From assembly GCA_964019425.1 (NCBI GenBank), contig OZ025793.1, positions 930,001 to 994,000 of the forward strand: 64,000 nt of DNA. The letters run 5' to 3'. Under the pieces are notes generated by a model that did not search any database, had not been told where the DNA came from, and saw only the letters and a list, made by a program, of their open reading frames with translations. Below, one piece after another: positions 1 through 12,245 of this stretch (its first letter is position 1; each line of letters begins with the position of its first letter). Position numbers and translations under genes: made by a program. The DNA comes from Flectonema sp. DT1601. Lineage: Eukaryota.

Positions 1-3000
1 AGTGATGCAACTTGTTGTGCTGAAGAACTCTGTTCGACTTACACATGTAAGGAAGGTACTTTAAAAGGACATGCCGCTGGAATTAGTTGTGTTTTTTCAT
101 GTAATGATGAGACTTGTTGCAATGCTGCACAGGGCACTCCAACACACGATGCTCAAGGATTTGTCTTCGTAGATAGAGATCCAAATTTATATGAATTTGG
201 AGGTACGGCTACTATTATAAGAGCGATGGACGAAACCGACATTACACACTACAGAGTTTATTGGGGGTTTGCACATTCTGTGAGAAAAGTACCATCATGT
301 GGTCTTGGCAACCCAGTATCATGGACACAGGTAAAATGGAGAGATTCGACTAAGTTATATGCCGAGTTTCCAGCAACGGGATGTGATATTTCTTTTGAAA
401 TACCAATGAATACCGTTCCTGATGAAAGATGCAGAATTTCATTCGATCGGCAGGAAAGATCAACGAGTCACACTGACAGGTGCAACCCACACTACTTTTT
501 GGTAGTCTCTGTAAATGAAAAGGGTGAGCGCCACGTTCTCAGTACTCAGGCGCAACAGCCTGGCCCACGTTATGCAATTGTAGATTACGAAGGAGATATG
601 CAGCTTCCATGTTTAGAAGCTGGCATCACTATGGGACACGATCTCATGGGACCTGATGACATTTTACTCGGAACTTGGAATGGCGTCAATTCTGCGTTGC
701 AGTGTTCGGAGCTCTGTGCAGCCCACAATGCCCAATCCCCGCCGCCTTCGATTCCATGCAGACAGTTTACTTGGTCTCTTAACAATGGAGGGAGGTCCTC
801 AAGTAGCTGCTGGATTGAAGCGCAAGCTATGCAAAAGCAACATTACACAGTGAGATTCGTTGCGCCAGCAGTGTGCCCAACACGAGAAACGCTTCCCCCT
901 ACCGGTCGGGAGCAGCCGAGATGCAACAGGTGGATAAGGAAGCAAAATACTGCCCCCTTTGCTTCGAATGGCAGAAATGCATACAAAGCTTTGGGAGGCC
1001 ACTTTGTTCAATTCCCGAATGATCCTGATGTCCCTCTTGGGCCTTATGACAATGCCGAGTATTGCAAAACAGCTTGTGATTTAGACAGTCTTTGTACAGG
1101 ATTTACCTGGATGAAAAGAGATCCAACTGATACCTACTTCCACCACTGTATTCTAATCAGAGCTGGTGACCCAGCAATGTACTATTCATATTATTATGAT
1201 ACTTGGGTCTGTAGTAGGGAATACATGGCACCATTAATCGCGGGATACAAATTTCAGAAGCATGCATATGGATACAAGCACTGTACAGGCACACTTATAA
1301 AAGAAGTAACAGCCGGGGACCACGAATGCTGTGCTGAGCAATGTGATGAAGTGAGTAACTGTAAAGCTTTTACTTGGTTGTCTACTGGTAAGTGCAGATT
1401 ATTTGAAAATTGCCAAACTATGGACACCTACAGCAACATACAAGGCTGTGCTTACGAATCATGCTATGCTGACTATGGAGGGGCTTCGTACATACAAGAA
1501 ACAGCGGAACTGCAACTGATCGATAAGTGGCCTCACCAGGGTAAGGGTGAAGTCTCGGGACTTCCTATATTTGTCCAGGTTAATCGACCGCATTTGGAAG
1601 GTCAAACAGTATACTGTTACTCGTCTTTGGTAGGCAGATTTATCGAAGCACCTGCGAACGCTGAGAATATGATTCAGCAAGCTGCCAATGCTGGAATTCA
1701 CATTTACGAAGGAACCATAGAAAATCGGGTTGCTGAGGTGCCAGTTATGCGTGAGTTTTATGGACAAATACTGCTTCCGGGGCAAACTTATGAAGTCAAG
1801 TGCGGTATAAAGAATGCATTGCAACAGGGGGAATCTAAGGAACTACGAGGTTTGAGCATTGAGGTAGAACAACCGGCTGGGTACGTTCGCGTTGGTGTTG
1901 GATTCTGCCGAACTCATGGCTGCGCCCCGATTGGAATAGTAGTGAGTCAAGCAATATCCTTTTCTGGCTGTCGTAAAGCCTGCGATGATCATTCAAGCTG
2001 CTCTGCTTTCTGGTGGAGACGATCTGATGGATGGTGCCACATCAAAACAACAAATTGTGATTATACGTTTGTCAACTACGATGCTTCGGTTCAATGTTGG
2101 AAGCCTGACCCCAATGCGATGGTTGTTCATAATACTGGCGAAACTTACTGCAGCAAGTCTTGCCCAGTACAGAAGGGAAGTCTTTTTGGATCTGACACGT
2201 GTTCGTTCAAACGGCGCATGGGTGACTATAAGCAAAACATCTTCGTACCGAAGGTTGGGCGCAAATGTCCGCTACCAACACCAGCACCAACACCGGCGCC
2301 AACACCAGCACCGACTCCGGCGCCAACACCAGTACCGACTCCAGCACCGACTCCAGCACCAACTCCAGCACCAACTCCAGTACCAACACCGGCGCCAACA
2401 CCAGCACCGACTCCGGCGCCAACACCAGTACCGACTCCAGCACCGACTCCAGCACCAACTCCAGCACCAACTCCAGTACCAACACCGGCGCCAACACCAG
2501 TACCAACACCAGTACCGACTCCTTCGCCAACACCGGCGCCAACGCCGGCACCGACTCTGGCGCCAACACCAGTACCGACTCCAGTACCAACACCAGTACC
2601 GACTCCAGCACCGACTCCGGCGCCAACACCAGTACCAACACCAGCACCGACTCCTTCGCCAACACCGGCGCCAACGCCAGCACCGACTCCAGTACCAATA
2701 CCGGCACCAACTCCAGCACCGACTCCTTCTCCAACACCGGCGCCAACTCCAGCACCAACACCGGAGCCAACACCAGTACCAACGCCAGCACCGACTCCTT
2801 CGCCAACACCGGCGCCAACGCCAGCACCGACTCCAGTACCAACACCGGCACCAACTCCAGCACCGACTCCTTCTCCAACACCGGCGCCAACACCAGCACC
2901 GACTCCAGCACCAACTCCAGTACCAACACCGGCGCCGACTCCAGCACCAACTCCAGTACCAACACCGGCGCCAACACCAGCACCGACTCCTTCACCAACA

Positions 3001-3891
3001 CCGGCACCAACACTGGCGCCAACACCGGCGCCAACACCAGCACCGACTCCTTCACCAACACCGGCACCAACACTGGCGCCAACACCGGCGCCAACACCAG
3101 CACCGACTCCAGCACCAACTCCAGTCCCAACACCGGCGCCAACACCAGCACCGACTCCTTCACCAACACCGGCACCAACACTGGCGCCAACACCGGCACC
3201 AACTCCTTCGCCAACACCGGCGCCAACACCAGCACCGACTCCTTCACCAACACCGGCACCAACACTGGCGCCAACCACCGAGCCAAGCACCATTATCGTA
3301 AGAGGAGTATTTCTAAATGGTGATTGTACAGAATTTTTTGCAACACCTGGGATTCAAGAGAGATTTGAGTCTGGGGTAGCGAAGTCTATGAATGTGGAAT
3401 CAGTGGTCGTAGTTTACGAGTGCGGTTCAATTCATTATACTGCAACTGCATTAACCACCACGATCCTGTCGGCAAGTCAATTAATAAAAGATATAAATAC
3501 TTTTATTGAGGAGGACTCAGAGTTGGTTGGAATAACTGGAAAGCAGTCGGATGAATTTTACTTCGTAAATAAGAATTCTTATGTTCCGTGTGAATCACCA
3601 GCTGCTACTGAAGCTTACATCGCTCATGGGATCTGTGTACCGACAGCATGTCAAGCTGGGTATAAACTTCACACGCCTAATTGTACCGAGAATACGGCTA
3701 TTGGTTATTATGATGATGATACTGGCATACCAATTGGGATTATTGTCGGATCTGTCGTCGGGGGAGTCGTTCTTCTTATTTTAATTGCGCTGACAATCCG
3801 CTGGATCAGAGCAACAAAATCAGCGGAAGAAGGAGAAGACGAAACCGACAGTAGGAAACACGAAATGAAACACGCTCCAGATTTTGACTAA
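1..3891 (+). CDS. Type I membrane/surface protein with Cys-rich PAN/apple-like modules, Pro-Thr stalk and C-terminal TM helix (5'-truncated by window)
   Basis: Frame is open from base 1 ([11 protein letters not shown]...) into ORF 226..3891. Repeated C-x3-C...C-x2-F-T/W-W motifs ([48 protein letters not shown]), PTPA repeat, [26 protein letters not shown]. Confidence 0.85.
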   Translation, partial: SDATCCAEELCSTYTCKEGTLKGHAAGISCVFSCNDETCCNAAQGTPTHDAQGFVFVDRDPNLYEFGGTATIIRAMDETDITHYRVYWGFAHSVRKVPSCGLGNPVSWTQVKWRDSTKLYAEFPATGCDISFEIPMNTVPDERCRISFDRQERSTSHTDRCNPHYFLVVSVNEKGERHVLSTQAQQPGPRYAIVDYEGDMQLPCLEAGITMGHDLMGPDDILLGTWNGVNSALQCSELCAAHNAQSPPPSIPCRQFTWSLNNGGRSSSSCWIEAQAMQKQHYTVRFVAPAVCPTRETLPPTGREQPRCNRWIRKQNTAPFASNGRNAYKALGGHFVQFPNDPDVPLGPYDNAEYCKTACDLDSLCTGFTWMKRDPTDTYFHHCILIRAGDPAMYYSYYYDTWVCSREYMAPLIAGYKFQKHAYGYKHCTGTLIKEVTAGDHECCAEQCDEVSNCKAFTWLSTGKCRLFENCQTMDTYSNIQGCAYESCYADYGGASYIQETAELQLIDKWPHQGKGEVSGLPIFVQVNRPHLEGQTVYCYSSLVGRFIEAPANAENMIQQAANAGIHIYEGTIENRVAEVPVMREFYGQILLPGQTYEVKCGIKNALQQGESKELRGLSIEVEQPAGYVRVGVGFCRTHGCAPIGIVVSQAISFSGCRKACDDHSSCSAFWWRRSDGWCHIKTTNCDYTFVNYDASVQCWKPDPNAMVVHNTGETYCSKSCPVQKGSLFGSDTCSFKRRMGDYKQNIFVPKVGRKCPLPTPAPTPAPTPAPTPAPTPVPTPAPTPAPTPAPTPVPTPAPTPAPTPAPTPVPTPAPTPAPTPAPTPVPTPAPTPVPTPVPTPSPTPAPTPAPTLAPTPVPTPVPTPVPTPAPTPAPTPVPTPAPTPSPTPAPTPAPTPVPIPAPTPAPTPSPTPAPTPAPTPEPTPVPTPAPTPSPTPAPTPAPTPVPTPAPTPAPTPSPTPAPTPAPTPAPTPVPTPAPTPAPTPVPTPAPTPAPTPSPTPAPTLAPTPAPTPAPTPSPTPAPTLAPTPAPTPAPTPAPTPVPTPAPTPAPTPSPTPAPTLAPTPAPTPSPTPAPTPAPTPSPTPAPTLAPTTEPSTIIVRGVFLNGDCTEFFATPGIQERFESGVAKSMNVESVVVVYECGSIHYTATALTTTILSASQLIKDINTFIEEDSELVGITGKQSDEFYFVNKNSYVPCESPAATEAYIAHGICVPTACQAGYKLHTPNCTENTAIGYYDDDTGIPIGIIVGSVVGGVVLLILIALTIRWIRATKSAEEGEDETDSRKHEMKHAPDFD
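2275..3275 (+). repeat. Coding 12-bp minisatellite encoding [12 protein letters not shown]
   Basis: Tandem ccaacaccggcg/ccgactccagca-type units visible directly. Confidence 0.95.
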
Positions 3892-5139
3892 TGGGTTGCC
3901 ACACTGGTCCATGTTCAAACTCATTTCGTTGCCTAATTGAAGCGCCGTGGTGGTTTTAGCCTTTCTACCAATTCTTAAGCTCTTTCTTTTGTATTTGCAC
4001 CGAAGTACTCCTCTGGTGATTAGGTATTACTTTATGGGTGTTTTCTAAGTGTTGAAACTCACGAAAATATTTCCTGACGGAGGCATTTTCCCCTATTCTC
4101 CCACTTTTTTTCAATCCAATTTCGCAGAAATATTTCCCCCACGAGAATAAGTCTCCATGAGATGATCTTTTCAACTTGTGCTTGTGGATCATATTCAACT
4201 TTATCTTTTAATGTTTATGTGTTGATGTGTTGATTTCTTTTCTCCGTACCCGCTGTCAAGTTTCCTCATTCTCGAGCGATTGATATGAAGAGTTCTGATT
4301 TTAGCACCTGAAGTAGAGAAGAAATACTCTGACCTACTTCCGTCTAGTAATCGTCCTCTCACCTGACAACGACATGATTAGTTGAAATATGGTTTTTTTT
4401 TTCTTTCTTTCTTCGAGTCTACTGGACTGAAGCAGGTAGGAAGCAGTCACTAATTACAATGATTAGTTTTTTGAACTTTCTTACGTGACTTCTTTTCTTT
4501 CCACTGCTCCAGTGCAGAGCAAACAAACCAAACCTACACACGTTGAACAATGTGTGTGCGTGAGGAGGCCTTCTTGTAGTTAAATTCTTATTTTAGTGAA
4601 GTTCTCTTTACTTTACCACGGGAATTATACTTGAGATTGCTTTACTTCACATTTTATTTTTTTGTATTTATTTAACAATTTTTTTAGGAACGAAGAAGAA
4701 TGTTAGCAGCGCATGTAAACCTCCTTTAGCTTTATCAGTTTAAGTCGGTTTGCGGTTACGTGACACAAACAAAACATCAACAAGTTTTGTATTACTATTT
4801 TCTGTATAGTTTAAGATAAAGCCAAATTCTTCTTTTTTTGTTCTTGTTGTTGAACTTATTCTTTTTTTTCTTTTTTTTCCCTTCTTTTTGTGCATTGAAT
4901 CAGTGTTGTGCTACTTTTTCTTTTTCGCAGTCAAATTTATTTGTATTACATTTATTACGATTTAGAAAGCACTCCATGAATTGGGTCTTCTGTTACTGTG
5001 AGTTACCCTCCCTAGAGCACTCATAATACAGTAACGTTAGATTATATAACTAATTACTAACTAACTTTATTTTATAATATTCTAATTTTATATATCGATA
5101 TAATTAATTTCAGTTTTCTGCAAAACTACCAACAACGAT

Positions 5140-5470
5140 TTTATGAAGAATCTCTTAAAGTAGAACTCAACAACTCAGAGCATAAACCATCACCAGATGG
5201 TTGGTTCTCGCTACAAGTACTTAACATGGCTTGCATGACTAAATTCAACAGGAGAATTGAGTACTTCGTTAACCCAGCATCGATTATCCTGAAACAGCCG
5301 CAGCACTTATTCTGCATAAAGCGAAAACAGGGATGACTCACTTTATTGTTGCGCTAGTCTCATTTGAATCCATGATCATCCGAGACATTCTTAAAGGCAC
5401 AAAGGATTTAAGACTCCCTTTCGATCATTTTGACAAGATGACCAAACTACAGATTATAGTTTCCATATGA
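5140..5470 (+). pseudogene. Frameshifted coding relic with Josephin-like motif
   Basis: One frame reads PDGWFSLQVLNMAC (cf. ataxin-3 SGFFSIQVISNAL); another reads AAALILHKAKTGMTHFIVAL. No intact ORF. Confidence 0.3.
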
Positions 5471-6713
5471 TACCATTAAAAGCTCAGACTGATATGGATG
5501 TTACAATGACACCTGCGAATATAGGACCTTTGATGGTATGCGAAGATAAAGTAAAACGCAAATTGGATGAAGACTCATAACTCGACTGTAATAGTGAAAC
5601 GACCGGACGTCAAAAATTGAAATTCAAATTGAACAAAAGCAAATAAACATTGCTAGCCCTATCCTGGCGAGCTCCGATGGATTTTTATCTTAGAACGATA
5701 GCAACTTCAACATAGAATGAAGTCCCTTAGAACTTACTGATGAAGGACTAAAAAGGGACGAGTAGTATAAGATTAAGGCCCCTGAAACTACATATTCTAT
5801 TACCCTTTGATGTTAGGAAACTGCAGAAATGAATACTTTTCTTTTACTAATCTCTACTTTTCTTATTCTCACTTTTCTGTTCTAAAATTTATGACACTAA
5901 CTCCAGCATGATAATACGCCGCTGCGCAACACTTTGTATGGATTTTGGTGAAGACAATATGAAATGTAACAGGACCTCTTAATTTAAAATATGTATTCCA
6001 CAGTGTTGTTGTTTTATGGAACAACAGAACAATTGTGTTTTTATAATTTTATTTTTATTTTTATAAAATATCTTTGATTTGGTGCAACTCATCATCTTAA
6101 TAATAAAATTCATATTGTGAATAATCCATCGATCCTGCAGTAGGAATACCTCCTTACAATACTACATTTTCATTTTCATTTTTTTTTCTTTTTTTTAAAA
6201 AATGAAATTAAAAAAATATTTGATTGTGACTGCTTTCAGGATGGCAAACCAATTTTTACCAAAAGTAGCGTTAGGCACTACGCTGATAATTCAATATGTT
6301 GACTACGCTCCTTGTGGTATTTTAATAAATAATATGAACATGTTTTCTTCATTTTTATTTCTATTTCTTGTACTTCTTGTAGGTTCAGTTATTTATTTAT
6401 TTCTCTCCACCTCCCTCTCTTAAATGAAGGAGTAACCTCACTGAGATCAGTGAAGGACTCTTCTTTACTAACAATTCTTTTTTTTTTTTTCAACCAGTTG
6501 TACCTCTGGTATTAACGTGACATTCCAAAAAAAAAAAACAAAAAAAAAACATAATAATACATAGATGGAAGTGACCTACAATTTGGAGGGCACTTCCATC
6601 TATGATAATATTATAAATATTTTGATGAACATTTTTGTTAGTATCAAACCCTTTATCTTTCATTCTTTTATTTATTTATTTATTTATTTATGTGCTTTTC
6701 GTTGTAAAACATT

Positions 6714-6891
6714 AGTGTTCTCCCTCCCTTGGAGAAAAATTGGTGTTATCAGCCGGGTCTGGGTAGTCGTTTACTTCTGGTCAATTCAGGTCTCTTCTCG
6801 CCACCCCGTGAGAGTCTCACGGTTGTGGTACCGAATTACTGAACTTCTTCAGGTGTTTGACTGCTGTGACCTTTATGAATAAATAAATAAA
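6714..6891 (+). mobile_element. SINE/LINE 3'-end-like repeat with (TAAA)n tail, diverged copy
   Basis: gtgttctccctc...aaaattggtgttatcagccg shared with the 8006 copy; gtgagagtctcac palindrome; aataaataaataaa tail. Confidence 0.6.
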
Positions 6892-7649
6892 TTATACCAC
6901 AATCAGAAATATTCTGATTACTGTACTTGTTAGTGTTCGTTGATGTCTGTATCTAATAATGGACTTCACGTCTGCACAGCAAACAGCTTTCACTGCTCAT
7001 CGAAGAAGACAATCTCGTTTAGTGCTCTTCTTGTTGACGGTACGAGTACTCTTCTTGTTGACGGTACGAGTACTCTTTCTCAACTTTCCTTTTTTCTGAT
7101 CGAATCGCTATTCATTCTGAAATGTCATCCACTTAATAGTGAGATAATGTATAGGAGTGTAGCCATATTTCTTTTTATTTCCGTATTTATCATCTTTTGA
7201 TAATATTTCTTTCGCACTTTTCGCTGTTAATTTGATTTTTTTTTTTTTTTTTTTTTGTTGTTGTTGTACCGACTGACGTTACAAACTACTTGTTTCCGTC
7301 GAATACTTTCGCAGAGGTCAATCAGCAAACTTTAGATTAAATAACTTCAAAAAAGCTAACTAGATATTCACTATCTTTAGCGATTATTTTTTTTAAATTT
7401 TTTTTTCTTTTTTAAAAATATTTATTTTTTGATCTTTAAAGATAGGAGCTATGATGCGAATCATTAGCGACTTCTCTCCCTTTTTTTTTAAAAAATTATT
7501 TTTTTTCTGCTGGCTCTTTTTAATAGATGATGTTTTTTGCAGAAGAACATTTTTTAAAAGAACGTCATTCCTATCCCGTTTTATTGAATGGGGTTGTTGA
7601 TGTTCAAACGGTTCACTTTGTGAACTCTGCATCAGTAACTTCGTTCTAA

Positions 7650-7864
7650 AATCGGACAAGGTTGAAAGTTGACAATGGCATGCTGTGTTCAGGATGCCCT
7701 GTCAGCCTAAACTCTTCCTAACAATCTGTAATGTGATTGGGTCTACTTACCTTCTACGTCTCTTATCGTCTGTGAGAGTCTCACAGTTGCTGGTAGCGAT
7801 ATAACTGTTACCCTGTGAGCTTTTCCTGGCTTTTGGCTCCTGGGCTTCGTAAATAAATAAATAA
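7650..7864 (+). mobile_element. SINE/LINE 3'-end-like repeat with (TAAA)n tail
   Basis: 3' ~110 bp nearly identical to 8106-8218; 5' part homologous to 38170-38270. Confidence 0.65.
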
Positions 7865-8005
7865 CCTTACTGTTGCCTCTGTAGTTCAGTTTGTTTGTTG
7901 TGTCAGTGATGACGATATGCAGTGTAATAGACCTCTTTATCTATCTATTTTTTTTTTAAAACTTTTCTTTTTTTTTGTTTCTTGATATAGTGCAAACTAT
8001 TTGGC

Positions 8006-8218
8006 GTGTTCTCCCTCTCTTTGACGAAAATTGGCGTTATCAGCCGTCTCAAACACTGTCTGCTCGCGCGGGCGGTGGGTTTAGGTAGTCATTTGTTCCA
8101 GGTTATTCTACGTCTCTTATCGTCTGTGAGAGTCTCACGGTTGCTGGTAGCGATATAACTGTTACTCTGTGAGCTTTTCCTGGCTTTGGCTTCCTAGGCT
8201 TCGTAAATAAATAAATAA
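8006..8218 (+). mobile_element. SINE/LINE 3'-end-like repeat with (TAAA)n tail
   Basis: ttctacgtctcttatcgtctgtgagagtctcacggttgctggtagcg...cttcgtaaataaataaataa, shared with 7752-7864. Confidence 0.65.
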
Positions 8219-8591
8219 TTTTATAACTCTCGTGTTCCCTTCTTATCTAAACTGCAACCAACAGTACCCAAAAAAAAGAAAAAAAAGAGTACGCTGCCTC
8301 TCGTCTGACAACACAAAGTCAAGGCTACAGAGAGCGAGCTGCACTCAGTAGATGCTATTTTATATTATCACTTTCGTCTTTAATTGTAGTTTTAAAATGT
8401 CAATTTTTTTTTTTTTTTTTTATAATTTCTCAGCGATCTGATGAACAAAATGTACGAAATTGAGTTAGTGTTTGAAGCAGTTAAGGTGTAAAATATCTTC
8501 CCTCTAAGTGGCATTGTTTATTTATTTTGCAGCGTCATTTACTTGACAGTCAATAAGATTATCAAATTACTCTATGCAGGAATCCCTTTTC

Positions 8592-8623
<32 letters not shown>

Positions 8624-8646
8624 CAAACTACACAAAACAAAACAAT

Positions 8647-10767
8647 ATGGGCACTTATAAGAGTCTAAAGGGAATAGCACGTCGAGTTATAACAAAAATA
8701 TCCGAGTACTTCGATGTTACTGCGAGGGGTAGCACTGTACTTCAAGAATTGAGAGGAGGAGTGGCTACATTTTTAACAATGTCGTACATATTACTTGTAA
8801 ACCCTCAAATCTTAACAACCTGGATAGCCATAGACGATGATCCGCATATAAAAGAGATTTACGGTAAAGGAATAGCAACAGCAACAGCGGTTACTTGTGG
8901 ATTTGGATGCATACTCGTAGGGGTACTAACAAATATGCCTTTCGCGATAGGGCCTGGGATGGGATTAAATACATTTGTTGCTGGGCTGTTTGTGAAGGCC
9001 ACGTCGCTGTCTAATCTTTCGAAAGCTGAGGATACTTGGGATAAAGTCGTGACTACAACATTCTTATCGGGAGTGTTGTTGACGGTTTTATCTGCTGTGA
9101 ATTTGGTTTCTCCGACAATCGCTGCCATGCCTGAAACGATTAAGCAATCGATTCTAGTGGGAATTGGAGCGTATCAGGCATTTATAGGATTTAGAGAGAT
9201 GGGAATTATCACCTCTGATAGTCAGAACTTGGTACAACTCGAACCAAATATTTCATTCGATTGGGATGATCGTAAACTCGTCAACTCCGCCTTGTCTCAA
9301 ATCTTCTTTTTAATTGGACTGATCCTGACGACTATTTTGTTTTCAAAAGGAATTAAAGGATCCATTCTAATTGGTATAGTATTGTGTACAGCTCTTTCAT
9401 GGTCGATGGATGTGGGAGGGGGTGAGCTTCCTAATCCTCCTGTTGCTCAGCCAGAGTTTTCAAAGACTTGGATGAATATAAATTTCACTGCCTGGTTTAG
9501 CGAACAAAAATGGATTCCCCAATTGGTTGTTATTTTATTAATTACAATCTTTGATTGTGGTGGTGTGCAATTCGGAATCGCAAAGGTTCTCGACCTACCG
9601 AAGAGATACGAAGAAGTTGATGAGGCAAAGCGACAAACTCTCCGAAGAATTCAGGCAGCCAATGCAAGAGATGATCATACAAACGCGAGTCTTATCTTTT
9701 CAGGTCAACTCGACGACTCAGATAACGACAGTGCTAATTTAGAAGAGCATTCTTTAATACAATCTGGTAAGAAAAGACATTCTGCACACTCATTAGGTGT
9801 TGAGGTTGTACTGCAACACGACAAACAACGTGTTGAGCAAGGACTTAGAATGTTGTCTGAAATTGAAGAGCTAACGTCTGGTTCTAAAATAGATCTCAGC
9901 GCTTTAAAAGAACAGCTAAAGAATCAATTGACGACTATAGAATTTCAGGAACATCAAATTGATGAACCGTTTTCACCGCAGTCGAGTTTGACAGCAGTAC
10001 CTCTGCTACCTGGCAGGTCATCACAATTAACATTTGTAAGTCTTGGAATAGTCAATATGGTTGGAGCACTAGTGGGTTCAAGTCCCTGCATCGTATTTCT
10101 TGAATGCGCTGCTGGCGTTAAGGAGGGAGCTCGTACTGGACTGGCATCTGTCTTTACAGGATTGTGTTTCTTAATAACTCTCTTCCTTACTCCGGTATTC
10201 CAGAAAGTTCCAATGTGCGCATCTGCTGGTCCACTTGTGTTTATTGGATGCCTTATGATGTCTCATGTTGGAGAGATCAAGTGGGGAATTATTAGACATG
10301 CTCTACCTGCTTTCTTAACTATATTAATGATGCCATTCACTTCAAGTATCACTCCGGGTATTGGATTTGGTCTTGGTGCGTACCTACTACTTGCAGGTGG
10401 GGATAGATTTTATGAACTTTGTGTTGGTCCATTCAGAGCACCTCCTCCACTGCATGCGGCTGTTTCAGTTGGAGATATTGCGATTGTCAGATCGCTTCTC
10501 GAGTCTGGTAACGCTGCGAATGAGCAGGACCGCGATGGTAACACTCCACTTCATCTCGCAGCAGAAATAGCTGATGACGCGATCATTAATATCTTATTAA
10601 TCTTTGACGCTGATCCTTCAATTTTAAATAACTTAAAAATGACACCACTCGAATCACTGCTGGCGAAGTCCGATGGTAACATTTCCTCACCTGCAGCTTC
10701 TGCACTCAGAGACGCAATCAATGTAAAGACTGCAGGGCCAGTAACTTTTACTGGTAGTCCTCAGTAA
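8647..10767 (+). CDS. AzgA/NCS2-family purine permease with C-terminal ankyrin repeats
   Basis: ELRGGVATFLTMSYILLVNP, GPGMGLNTF, ECAAGVKEGARTGL and PAFLTILMMPFT motifs; C-terminal PLHAAV and DGNTPLHLAA ankyrin motifs. Confidence 0.9.
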   Translation: MGTYKSLKGIARRVITKISEYFDVTARGSTVLQELRGGVATFLTMSYILLVNPQILTTWIAIDDDPHIKEIYGKGIATATAVTCGFGCILVGVLTNMPFAIGPGMGLNTFVAGLFVKATSLSNLSKAEDTWDKVVTTTFLSGVLLTVLSAVNLVSPTIAAMPETIKQSILVGIGAYQAFIGFREMGIITSDSQNLVQLEPNISFDWDDRKLVNSALSQIFFLIGLILTTILFSKGIKGSILIGIVLCTALSWSMDVGGGELPNPPVAQPEFSKTWMNINFTAWFSEQKWIPQLVVILLITIFDCGGVQFGIAKVLDLPKRYEEVDEAKRQTLRRIQAANARDDHTNASLIFSGQLDDSDNDSANLEEHSLIQSGKKRHSAHSLGVEVVLQHDKQRVEQGLRMLSEIEELTSGSKIDLSALKEQLKNQLTTIEFQEHQIDEPFSPQSSLTAVPLLPGRSSQLTFVSLGIVNMVGALVGSSPCIVFLECAAGVKEGARTGLASVFTGLCFLITLFLTPVFQKVPMCASAGPLVFIGCLMMSHVGEIKWGIIRHALPAFLTILMMPFTSSITPGIGFGLGAYLLLAGGDRFYELCVGPFRAPPPLHAAVSVGDIAIVRSLLESGNAANEQDRDGNTPLHLAAEIADDAIINILLIFDADPSILNNLKMTPLESLLAKSDGNISSPAASALRDAINVKTAGPVTFTGSPQ

Positions 10768-10954
10768 TAATGTGATTCATATTTGTTACGTCTTCAAAAC
10801 ATTAACTTCATTGACAGCATCTGTGTTGCTGTATTTTTCTAACTAACTTTGTATTTATATAAATTTTTGTGTGTGTGTTCGAAAGTTTGATGGGGTCCAA
10901 GGAAAAGAAAACAACTGTTTCCTGTAAAAGGATCTCCAAATAGTTGGTCTCAAC

Positions 10955-11110
10955 GGTCAGGACAATGAAAGGATTGACAGATTGAGAGCTCTTTCTCGAT
11001 CCATTGTGTGGTGGTGCATGGCCGCTCCTGGTTAGTGGAGTGATTTGTCTGGTTGATTCCGTTAACGAACGGGATCTCGACCCTTCAGTAGGGGCGCTCG
11101 CATATTAGTG
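10955..11110 (+). rRNA. Isolated 18S rRNA fragment (pseudogene), euglenozoan-like
   Basis: aggattgacagattgagagctctttc...ggtggtgcatggccgctcctggttagtggagtgatttgtctggttgattccgttaacgaacg matches conserved SSU rRNA; flanks are not rDNA. Confidence 0.9.
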
Positions 11111-11576
11111 TGGGGTGGAGTCAACTTGTAGCATGTACGTTGGGAGTTTTCAGTTAAAATCCGTTTTTTATTATTATTATTATTTTTTCTTTTGAATAGG
11201 AGGGTCCATTCCCCTTTCTTTTTTTTTTCTTGAAAACAAAGATTTATTTTTAACTGCCGGCCTGAATTTTGATATCTTAGTCTGCTTGGAGTGAAATCCC
11301 TGAAGGGTGTTGCCCTGCCTGATACTCTTGTTCAATGACATTAAAGTCGGATAATCTGAATCCGAGTACGCGACAGATGCTGTCAACAATAAGGCTTTAC
11401 TGGGAGGCAATTTCTTCCCCTTTGCTGCTTTTAAAAAAAAAAAAAAAAATAGTCCAATATGAGTTTGGTTTTATGTTGTGATTTTTTTCTAAATCGTTTT
11501 TTTTCTGCTAACGGGATGTGTTTCTTTAAAAAAAAAAAAATCAATTTTACAAAAAAAAAATGTCTACACCTCTTCT

Positions 11577-11610
<34 letters not shown>

Positions 11611-12245
11611 ACTTCTCATTCTAATAATATTTAAATTTAACGGTCGGAAGTTGATAAGAACAACCGTCTGGGTACTGCCTGTTTAACTCTGCCATATCAA
11701 AAAAAAAAAAAAATGTTCGCATTTTTTTTCCCTTCATCAAAAGAGGGTATTTGTGTTACTGTAAAAATAATAATTCTCAAGAGAAAGTATTCTCCAATTC
11801 GGGCTGTCAAGGAAACCACTAATAAGAAAAAAAAATAAACTTAATAAGGAGTTATTCTTGTGAGGAAATATTATCGTGTGAAATTGGAGGTTTCTAAAAT
11901 AACTCTCCTCACGAGAGTCGGCAGTCAACGCACTTAGTTGTGCAAAAAAAAAAAAAAGGAAAAAAAAAAAAAAAAACTACCCCTAAATATATATTTTAAT
12001 GCAACAAAAAGACACATAACATTAGTTTTGTGTTGTTTGTTTTTCAGTATAATGGCACCACGTGTGACTGATTTTAAAAAAAAAAAAAAAAAACAACAAC
12101 TAATTGCGAACTTTCAAAAAAATATTTTAATAAAAAAAACCTAAAAAACCTTTTCAAAAAAAACACAGTAATAACCATGATGATGAAGTTGATTGGGTTA
12201 TGAAAAACTGATAAGAAAAAAAAAAAAAAAAAAACATAAATAATA

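Noticed and set aside
1985..3323. Long alternative-frame and antisense ORFs (QHR-, GAGVG-, STNT-rich)
   Set aside because: Shadows of the stop-free 12-bp Pro-Thr repeat; the same applies to 15903-16601.
7025..7075. 24-bp direct duplication
   Set aside because: Simple local slippage; no further structure.
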